Position numbers and translations under genes: made by a program. From the NCBI GenBank assembly GCA_024626585.2, contig JANKJI020000002.1, positions 13,033,609 to 13,058,446 of the forward strand: DNA of 24,838 bases. The letters run 5' to 3'. The notes under the pieces were generated by a model, which was not told the origin of the DNA, searched no databases, and worked only from the letters and a program-made list of their open reading frames with translations. How positions within the stretch are numbered: position 1 is the first letter of the stretch; each line of letters starts with the position of its first letter. The DNA comes from Ginkgo biloba (lineage: Eukaryota; Plantae; Ginkgophyta). This document shows positions 12,300 to 21,330 of this stretch, in pieces.

Positions 12300-12600
12300 G
12301 GCTACCCAGTAAAAAAGATATGCCACTCGATCAACAACCCTTCTGCATAGTTGAGGGAGACCTAATCCCAGTTACATTTCAAAACCAAGCGATTCTCCAA
12401 AGACATCATCCTCCAATGCCTACACAACATCCACGAAAGAGGACCTCCTCCTTACATTTAGCTAGATCCTTGCCTCTTCCAACAATCAATCTAAACTCGA
12501 GTAGGGTTAAGGCCAGGAGGGAGCTTCCTTAGTTGTGGAAGAGTGGCGTCTCTCCTTCCTTAGAGGAACTCGTTAAACCCTAGCAGAGCCGATGCTTCAT
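12300..12600 (-). mobile_element. Possible L1 5' end / ORF1 N-terminal remnant
   Basis: The - strand gives RRSSFVDVV (cf. SFADVV) and LENRLVLKCNWD*VSLNYAEGLLIEW, weakly like the start of DUF4283. Locally higher GC. Confidence 0.3.
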
Positions 12601-13604
12601 TATTGATTGAGGCCTAGCATTTTGAGGATGGTGACACAAAATTTAATTTCTAAATTGGAAACAAATTGTTGTCCACCACTGTAACAAACTAATGTTAATG
12701 TTGCAAAGGAACAAGCTATGGTTGTTGAGGAAAAATTGAAAATTTTGACTAAACTCATCAAAAAATGGGTTAGTGACATGATGTCCATGTAGGACTAGGG
12801 ATAATGTGAATTGTATGAAACTAATGTTGAATTAGTGAAAGCATTGTCTGCAAAAGTAAAGGTGGAGAAAGAATTGAAAGAAATGTTGGGTGAACATTGT
12901 ATTGTTCATGTTGAAGTGGTAGATTAGGAGTGCAAATTCTAGAAGTTGCAGTTGACATCTTCCAATGAGGTGGTCAAAGCACAATTTTAACACAAATGGA
13001 TGTTTGGAGATTTAAGGTGCAATGAAACTAGATGGTAGAAATGATGCAATAACAATTTATCCCATTGCCTATTGGGGTAGTTCCACCTATAAAAGGTGAG
13101 CTTTGTCAACCTTGGCGTTGTTGATGTGTTTGCTTTGACTTGATTTTCATGGGGGGCAAGAGTTGCTAGTGACCATGGATTTTTTTTTTTTAATTATAAT
13201 ATGAAGGTCAATTTGGATGGAGTAGACGCATAAAAGATGGATGAGCAACATGTCCTGTCACTTCTTGTTTAAGTTGCCTAAATTATTTGAGGAAGGACAA
13301 CAACCACCATAATTTTTGATCTAGTTGTCTAGCCCTGGGAGGACGTTATTTTGAAGTTTTGTCATTGATTTTGGGAATTGATCATAGCAATGATGACTAG
13401 ATTGTAGTCTTACAACAAATTATGAATGACAATGTGAGATTTATGGCACCAGATGCTAATGAATTAATTGTAGTGAACGGGTCAGAAATGGTGGATCACT
13501 ATAGCTCAAGTAGGTTGCAATAGTTGAACCGACTTTTGGGAATGCAATCCTTTTCTAGAAACTATTCAAGAGCACAAATGACAGTTTGCAGGACACTGAG
13601 ATGA

Positions 13605-14012
13605 ATAGATGTATGTACAAGTTTTGACCCTTGGTGTGTTTGTGGTTTATCATCCACATGTTTTGTAAAGCCACTTATGTAATGTAAATAATGAATTCAG
13701 TTATAGGCAGTAGATGATGTGTTAGAAGTAACAATCGAATTGTAAAATGGACAAATAGGATGGAATCATTGTATGTGGTGTGAGAGCTAATGTGGGATTG
13801 TAGATTGTAGGTGAGAAATGCTTTTTATGATTCTTGGTGTTTTAGATGGATTAATGAAAGGTTTTGTTCTTATTCATCTTCCTGATGCATGTGCTTTTGA
13901 TAAATATTGAGAGAGAATGAGAGATCTATGTGATTGTATGAGAGATTGTAAGGCAAGGTGATTGACATGGTGGGATCCCTCTTCTACTTGTAGGGTTAAA
14001 AACTCTGTCAAT
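13605..14012 (+). repeat. Dispersed LTR-like repeat, copy 2 (paralog of ~8085-8540)
   Basis: Same collinear blocks as copy 1, same orientation, many substitutions and indels. Confidence 0.85.
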
Positions 14013-14599
14013 AGCATCATCTTGAACAAATATATGATTGGTAAGACAAAAGGAGTATCAAGGATGGGATTGACTTGTGACTTGCTAAATCTTTTTGGAA
14101 CTTAAGGAGTTTAATGACTTAGCAAGACTGGGAGGGACTTGTGTGCTAGATGGTCCCCAACGAGCCATTGAGGAACACTTGTTGCCTTCATAGATCACAA
14201 TAACACCCTCATATTATCTATAAGCATAGTTGCACTAAAATTGTATCGTGACCTTTTTTTTTCGTGTTTTCCCTAGTTTTGTTCCTAGTGAAAAGTTACG
14301 GGGTTAATAACATTTCTTGCTTTCTTTCTATCTCTATCCAAAATATTTTATTCTTAGGAACACTTTGGAATTTATTGCTTTTGAAATCTAACATCTAAAA
14401 TATGTTGTATGTTATCGAAAATTATGTAACAATAAACATGTTAATTTATTAAACATTAAGGCAAAAATTGAATTTGCAATAAAAAACAAATACCTTAAGC
14501 ACTTGGTAGATTTATTTCTAGATTTTTCACCTATAGGTTTTATGTGCATTTCGCATTGGTATTTTGCAATTTTTTCATGAAAAACGTTTCACACATTTC

Positions 14600-15440
14600 T
14601 ACTTTTGTGAAACTTTGGTGTGTCCCAATTCCATTGTTAAGGGATCCCACCCTTGACACACGAGTACCATCCCTTTGTAGCAATTCATAGGATCTGCCTT
14701 GGCCACTATTTTGGCTCCAAGAACTCATACCCTGCATGTGATTAACAAATTTCCTATATGCCTTAGCCATCCAACATATCTTTTGGTTTCGTGGATCCAT
14801 CGCCCACTTGTGATACCAAAATCAATTCCCAGCATAGGCCATCCTGGTTTAATTATATTAGTCCTTGTTGTCAATAGGAAAGGCATCCAACCTAGGGAAT
14901 CAATTTGTGAAGCAACTCTGCATTCATCCTTCATATTCACCATACTCATAGAATAGCATTGATCTTGACTTAAAATAGATACATTATGTAAGAACGCCTA
15001 TTGTCTTTGTAGATCAGGGTGCCACCCCCATACCATCTATAAGGATCCCGTCCTTAATATAGAATTCCCATTCATTTTTTGACATTTCACAAGATTTTCC
15101 AAGAATCGATCCCCCACAAGTGGTTCTTGAGAACTATCCCCCACATAAGCCAGCGATCCAAGATTAACAAAGATCATATAAGCATTAGCCATCCAATATA
15201 TATTGTGGTTTCACAAATCTATCCCCTACTTATGGTTCTAGGAATCTATCTCCCGCATAGGTCATCCTAACATAAGCAAATTAGATATTGGTGTCAACAT
15301 GAAAGGCACCCAATCTCAGCAATAAATCCCTTACGCAATCCATGCATTTAGACTTAATAATCAACATAACAATGGAGTAGTTTATGTTAATTTAAGCTTG
15401 ATCTTGACTTTTAAAACAAATATATTATGTAAGACTTGAT
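14600..15440 (-). pseudogene. Two tandem, diverged copies (~420 bp period) of a decayed ~140-aa Trp/Gly-rich coding module of unknown family
   Basis: Copy at ~14995-14600: LHNVSILSQDQCYSMSMVNMKDECRVASQIDSLGWMPFLLTTRTNIIKPGWPMLGIDFGITSGRWIHETKRYVGWLRHIGNLLI..GWYSCVKGGI. Copy at ~15432-15005, with frameshifts: LHNIFVL/SQDQ..YSIVMLIIKSKCM/IA*GIYC*DWVPFMLTPISNLLMLG*PMREIDS/RTISRG*ICETTIYIGWLMLI*SLLI..EWEFYIKDGI. Confidence 0.7.
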
Positions 15441-16371
15441 ACTGACCTTAAAATAATATGAAAGCTTACCAATTAGGTTTCTAACCCATAACATGATTTC
15501 TCTTATACTTCTAGTGTCTTTTCCTCGCTTCGCAACCACGAATTGGGGTTTCTAGTCGGGTTGTTCCAACTCTGCTCTAATTGATTAGAAGTCACACTGC
15601 CTCCAACANNNNNNNNNNNNNNNNNNNNNNNNNNNNNNNNNNNNNNNNNNNNNNNNNNNNNNNNNNNNNNNNNNNNNNNNNNNNNNNNNNNNNNNNNNNN
15701 NNNNNNNNATTTTGTTAACTAGGCCCATATCCTCTGTCAGTTCCCTGCAATCATTTCTCATCCTCATTTCATACTTCTCTTTATTATTTGTCTCGTTCCC
15801 TGTTTGCTTTTTGTCCATCCCTCATCTTTTCACTGTTCACATTCGCCTATTCCCTCCACTTGCCTCCATCTCTGATAGTGTCTTACTTTGTTCGGCCCTC
15901 TATTTTTATAGTCAATTTTTTGTTGCCTTCCATTTTCCCTCTAACTGTCCTATTCTTTCGTTGGCACCTCTCATGGCTTACGCAACCCAACCAATCGCCA
16001 ATCATCTTATTGTGGTTGCCTTAACTAGACCATCTATATCATAAAATTAGGGGTTTTATTACAAAAGCCATATTTTTGTAGCGGGAGGCCGCTTGTGGCT
16101 CTTGGATTGGCATGTTGGGTAGATTAGGTCACTGAAGCAATAATCGTGCCTTGTCACACCACACAAGTATTTTTTTTTATTTATTAATAAAATGGGTTGT
16201 TTGTTGGTTTTTACAGGTTTGTTCTACTACCACTGCTTTATCGGCTCCTCCTTGAAGCTCAAAACTGGTCATCACCCCCTTGGAACCAGTTTGGATTCCT
16301 TTTAGTTGATTAATCAACCTTTTTTGTACCGCATTTTGTCCTTTCTTGACTTTTTTGGGCAATAGGGCCCA

Positions 16372-16565
16372 CACTACTAATTCGCGCCAAACACTGCTTG
16401 TTAGCGCTCTCTTGCGGTACGTTGCTTAAGAGTGCGTTGTTAAGCGACGTTGTTTACAACTACACGCCTTTAAGCGGCGTTGATAGTTTTTGATAGAAAA
16501 AAATAAAAAATTGAAAGAAATTCAAACCCCTCGTCCTTTTTTAGATGGACGAGGACACTTTCGTG
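16372..16565 (+). mobile_element. Candidate DNA-transposon terminus (Helitron-like hairpin with CpG-rich subterminal repeats)
   Basis: Perfect 8-bp stem CCTCGTCC (16529-16536) / GGACGAGG (16547-16554) with a 10-nt loop, followed by ACACTTTCGT, which is not a canonical CTRR. Upstream are repeated TTAAG..CGTTG motifs. Confidence 0.45.
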
Positions 16566-16569
16566 TCAC

Positions 16570-16720
16570 AAGGCCTGAATGCATGGGAATTCTGGGTGTA
16601 GAGGCCTAATTGGCAAGCGTTCATTCTCTACATCTATAAATTGAGCCCCCAAAAGGCTCAATGGGAGGCAATTGGTTCATGCTGCCAAAATTCCTTTGGA
16701 AGCCCATCCACAAGCTCTAT
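16570..16720 (-). mobile_element. L1 ORF1 (DUF4283-associated region) fragment
   Basis: VDGLPKEFWQHE (cf. GLPxEFW), then after a frameshift LGAQFIDVENE (cf. IG..LG.F+.+D). Confidence 0.45.
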
Positions 16721-18429
16721 CATAGTAGCTTTTGACTAATTTCTCATCCCCTACCCCCTGTTCTTTCTCAATTTGGGTTGCCTACCTTACTACAATCTCT
16801 CCTAGGCCTTGTTGTTTTTGAAGTCTTTCTTGCCCTTGCCTTNNNNNNNNNNNNNNNNNNNNNNNNNNNNNNNNNNNNNNNNNNNNNNNNNNNNNNNNNN
16901 NNNNNNNNNNNNNNNNNNCAGTATTTTCTCCACTTTTGGATCATGATGCTGGATTCAAAGTTGAAGGAGGGAGCCAATGGGAGGAGTGGTAGCATTTTTT
17001 GGGCTTGTTTGATCAACTTTATGATCCGCTATTGCCCCATCAACTTAGGTGTGATTGTTCCAAATTTGACTGTGCTATTTTCTTAATTTAAAAGAAAATT
17101 GAAATATGAAAATAATCAACTGAAATTGAATTTGAATTAAACTCTGCATTTCCTATNNNNNNNNNNNNNNNNNNNNNNNNNNNNNNNNNNNNNNNNNNNN
17201 NNNNNNNNNNNNNNNNNNNNNNNNNNNNNNNNNNNNNNNNNNNNNNNNNNNNNNNNNNNNNNNNNNNNNNNNNNNNNNNNNNNNNNNNNNNNNNNNNNNN
17301 NNNNNNNNNNNNNNNNNNNNNNNNNNNNNNNNNNNNNNNNNNNNNNNNNNNNNNNNNNNNNNNNNNNNNNNNNNNNNNNTCCTTACTTGCCTTAGCCCTC
17401 TATGGGTCCTACTTTTGTGCCCATACAGGCTTATAGCCACTTGTTTTTGAAGCTTCTAAGAAGGGATACACTTTTAGATTTTTGTCTCCATCACATTTTT
17501 GCTTGCTGTCCTTGAAAGCTGCTATAAACTCCAATGTATTAAAAAGGAAGTATGATTTGATTGGTTGATGGAGTGTGATGGAGAGAGTATGTCTTAGTTT
17601 GTGATATGATATGTCTGGCTGTAGTATCTGACCACCAAAGGTGATAGTATGAAAAGTAATAGGATCAGGGTATTGTGGTATCAAGGTTGATGCTTTTAGT
17701 GAGCTGTGGTCTTCAGGTGACTTTTGACACACACCTGAAGGAGGTACCATGTAAGCCTTGAGTTGTTAAAGCTCTGATGGATTAGACATTATTTTGTGGG
17801 TTCATGAAGTATTATTCTGTTCTACTGGTTGCTGGCTGTTTATGTGTCTTGTTACCAATAAGGGTGAGGTCCCACCTTATCTATTGCTGTGGAAGAAAAT
17901 AAAAGAATCTCTATTCAGTCATTCTACTATTATTTAGCTCCCTCTGCTCTCTTGTTTCTCTGTTCCTTATTTCTAGATGCATTGAGAAAATTGACACTTT
18001 GTGAGTGAAGCTGGACAAATAGCAATGTTTTCATCACGTATGTCTAACATATGAATTTTTATTCTACATGCATTGATGCCCTTTAGTTGTGATATGATTT
18101 AGTTATGCGTATGCACACAATGGTTTTCTTCAGAACGAGTGATAGTGTTCTGTAATTTTTTTTTTTCTTCATCTCATAACTACCAAACATATCCTCAGCA
18201 TTAAAACCATTTTAAGTGATTTGATTCATAAGGCATAGATGGTCACCGTGCCAACAATTACTATTAGGGCCTTTCTTGGAGGAACCCACTTTTGGCTATT
18301 GCATGTCCTCATTTATCTATCTAGGCTGATAACATGCCCTGATTTATTGCACTTAGTACAGTGTCTTTGGCTCTCTTTGGCTCTAATAAAAGCACTTTTG
18401 ACTGATATTTCTGTTGGTTGCTTGTACAG

Positions 18430-18482
18430 ATGAAGGTGATGATGGTTTTGATGATGATTTTGACAAACTTGTGAATAGTACT
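18430..18482 (+). CDS. 53-nt coding exon of the probable BSD domain-containing protein
   Basis: TACAG|AT acceptor and ACT|GTGAGT donor; encodes (D)EGDDGFDDDFDKLVNST, phase-compatible on both sides. Confidence 0.85.
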
Positions 18483-18613
18483 GTGAGTATCATTAAGCAT
18501 TTTCAGTTAATTGTTCCTCATGTAGTGGGTTTGATATTTCATTTTATTGTGCTTATGTTTGAGACAACATTGTGTTTCCCTCTTTATTCTTTAAGGCTTG
18601 TCTAAAATTGCAG
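18483..18613 (+). other. 131-nt phase-0 GT-AG intron
   Basis: GTGAGT ... T-rich ... TTGCAG. Confidence 0.8.
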
Positions 18614-18748
18614 ACTTTAGACAGTGAGGATGAGGATGAAAAAACGAGTGACAAGTCAAATGTATCAGAGAAGATGTCAACAAAGCCAACTACAGCAAGT
18701 GATGGTTCATCTGATGGTGAGCTTGTTGAAATGCCTGCAGAGCACTAG
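18614..18748 (+). CDS. Last coding exon (stop TAG 18746-18748) of the probable BSD domain-containing protein
   Basis: TTGCAG|ACT; 44 codons TLDSEDEDEKTSDKSNVSEKMSTKPTTASDGSSDGELVEMPAEH*. The acidic, Ser-rich composition continues the previous exons. Confidence 0.8.
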   Translation, partial: TLDSEDEDEKTSDKSNVSEKMSTKPTTASDGSSDGELVEMPAEH

Positions 18749-19224
18749 ATTTATCCTTCAAAATGAAGGTGAATGCATATGTAATTTTTCTCTATATGGG
18801 TTTTGATTATCTTGATTTGAATAAGTCCTATTCATATGAGTGGCAATAGAAAATTGTGCAACACTCATAGGTTTGTTGGCTTTAGACACATTTGCTGTAC
18901 TAGTGGAAAGAATTTGCTTGGGTCAGCATCTTCATCATTCATGTATTCTAATGGTTGGCAAATTCTGTACAGTTTTTGCATTGCCATAGCTGCTCAATTT
19001 GTTGCGTTTGACTCTAGCTTTATTTTTGGAAAGATCTCTAATGAATAGGCGAAAGGATGGAAAAAAAAAAAAAAGCACTATTTGGAGTCTTAATATTTTT
19101 TCATAATTTTATCATGTAACTTTTGTATTGGTGCATTTCACACTTTTGCTTACATTTGGACAGTTTGCATATTTTTTTCATTTCGTTTAGGTTTTTGATT
19201 TTTTGTTTCTGCTTTCTTTTCCAG

Positions 19225-19350
19225 TCATGGTGACCCCTTTGAGGACCTGATCTGTTATTGTGTCCTGCATATGCATGACAGAGTGATTGCCCTTGATGGA
19301 CCGTTATGTTTATATCCTCTCTTCCTTCCCTCAGCCACACATTTTCAAAG
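19225..19350 (+). other. Candidate non-coding 3'UTR exon
   Basis: A long polypyrimidine tract (~19170-19222) ends in CCAG at 19224. Donor-like AAG|GTTAGA at 19350/19351 and upstream donor AAG|GTGAAT at 18768/18769. Confidence 0.4.
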
Positions 19351-19537
19351 GTTAGATACATGCCAGTTGGTGGCACTTTGCTACAATGTACCAATGTACA
19401 AGGCACACATTTATCAAATACTGTGATCAACCACCTCTTACCAACAAAGTTGCTTCCTAAAGGGTTGGATATTTTTCTGCTTAGGTTATCTATATTTGGA
19501 CATATTTCTTAAAAGATGGTGTGGTTCTTTGAGCTGT

Positions 19538-19670
19538 TTAAATATGACCTTCTACTTCCATTGTTTGAGGAGTAGCTACTCCTTCTATAGAATGAATAGA
19601 GACTGTGGTCTTTTTTCCTTCCTTCTTAAGTGAATTCTCTTTTTGGTGTTCTTCTTTAAGGCTTTCTTTT
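19538..19670 (-). mobile_element. Ty3/gypsy gag-protease junction fragment
   Basis: KESLKEEHQKENSLKKEGKKTTVSIHSIEGVATPQTMEVEGHI* (cf. TISxHALxGxxTPQTxKxxGxI, which immediately precedes the gypsy protease DSG motif). Confidence 0.65.
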
Positions 19671-20799
19671 NNNNNNNNNNNNNNNNNNNNNNNNNNNNNN
19701 NNNNNNNNNNNNNNNNNNNNNNNNNNNNNNNNNNNNNNNNNNNNNNNNNNNNNNNNNNNNNNNNNNNNNNAACCTTTTAACATCTTTCTGAAATCTAGTA
19801 TTTTGCATGTGGCTACTTAGGCACAAGAAATGTTATACTTAAAGGCTTAACTGTTAAAGGAAGGCACATGGTTGTTGCTCTTGTTAGTTTTTGATAATTA
19901 GAAAATTAACATTGGTACTTGCCAAATTGGTGATAGTTGTGACTGATAAATTGGTTAGGTAGGCTGCATGTTCTTAGATTGTGTGTGCACTACAGAATGG
20001 AGGTTGCACTTGTCACTTAAGGTCATGGCTGTACTCTACTGCTAGTCATGACTGTACTCTAGTACAGGTGGGGTGTGTGTATGGCTCCATGCTTGTGCAG
20101 TCATACAAGGGAGGCTTGGGGAAGGTGGAGCCTGAGGCATGTGCCAGGAGTGTATCCAATTTCTTAAGTCACTAGGAGTAGCACCCAAATTCCTCAAGAT
20201 ACGTCCTGCCTGTGAGGAGACACGTGGCATCTTCCTCATAGTATTATGGGAGCACACTATAGTTTGACAAGTGTCTTTGTCTTGGGTGAAGATTGCTTTA
20301 TTAAACCTCCTTAATAGGGCATAAATCTTCCCCTGCACCCTTACCCGAGCTTTTTCCCTTAGAATCAACCTCTGTTTTCCGCAAAACCCTTGTAAGGTAA
20401 ACAAACGAGAATCTCTTGAGGACTGTAGATCCCAGTCACAATTCAAAGGGTTTTTTTCTTGTAGTTGTCTGACATGGACATCAAATGTGCTTCTCAATGG
20501 ATTGCAGAGGAATGCAAACTTGTCCAACAGAAGAGAGATATCTAGTACGACTTGACAATGCCTCGAAGAATGTAGAAAGAAATGACCCCCTAGACACTGG
20601 CCAGTGGGGTTTGAGATTATATATCCTCTTGGCAATAAAAGTATTGAAGGAGTTGTCCATTAAATAAAAGGAGCACCAATCAGACCAACCAAATACCTTA
20701 GGGGCCGCTACTTCAAGAAGCCTGCCCTTGCAGAATGATTGTCTCCCTATAAAGCTACTAGGGATATTAAATACTGACAAANNNNNNNNNNNNNNNNNT

Positions 20800-21330
20800 A
20801 GTTAAAGCAAAGTGGCAAATCTGAGATAAAGAGAGCTAATAGGGATATGCAACAGACTAAAGAAGTGTTTCAAAAGGATATTGAAGAATGGGTAAAAGGG
20901 GCAGAGGGATGGCAGATTAAAGGGGAAATTAGTTTAACCCTTTGAGCAAGTGGACATCTCCTCTTTGCATTCCCTAGTATGAGGGAATATTTAGAACTCA
21001 TGGAGTTTGTGCCTTGGTTCTACATAAATGCAGCATTGGTTACTCTAGTGATAGACCAATTGACACAGAAGAAAAACACAACAAATGTTCCAGTCTGGGA
21101 TAGATTTCCAGATTGGCACAAGAATTTTGGATGAGAAGATTTTATCTAACATGGGGGATATTCTAGGCAAGACTTTGCATATAAACCAAAATCCAGAAAA
21201 GAAAACAGGATTGTTGCCTACTCTAGAGTTTGCTTTGAATTGGACCTTGAGTGAAGTCTAATGCCGGAGATAATACTAAAAGTAAAAAGTGATGAATGGT
21301 GATAAGAATTTTTTCAACTACGGGCACCTA
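20800..21330 (+). mobile_element. L1 LINE ORF1 remnant (DUF4283 region)
   Basis: IEEWVKGAEGWQIKGEISLTL*ASGHLLFAF..PWFY..VPVWDRFP / QEFWDEKILSNMGDILGK.. / AYSRVCFELDLE*SLMPEIILKV. This is the typical order W..GxFxxxF..GPWF..VPVWVRLP..EFW..IG..LG..YARxCVExDL. The element probably extends from ~20000 to ~22200. Confidence 0.85.

Larger units (their letters stand above)
5873..18429 (+). other. Very long phase-1 GT-AG intron (~12.6 kb as assembled)
   Basis: Donor GTTTGT at 5873 and acceptor CTGATATTTCTGTTGGTTGCTTGTACAG ending 18429. The join G|AT gives DGDP-D-EGDDGFDDDFDKL, a continuous acidic motif. Confidence 0.8.

Noticed and set aside
15408-15469. Second - strand intron starting TTG|GTAAGC
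   Set aside because: The would-be intron includes the conserved LHNI..SQDQ coding segment, and the acceptor (AAG) is weak.
16372-16380. CACTACTAA as a CACTA transposon terminus
   Set aside because: No matching inverted end with a 3-bp TSD identified, and a motif this short arises by chance.
17409-17750. 113-aa - strand ORF
   Set aside because: No motif recognised in any frame; cannot be assigned.
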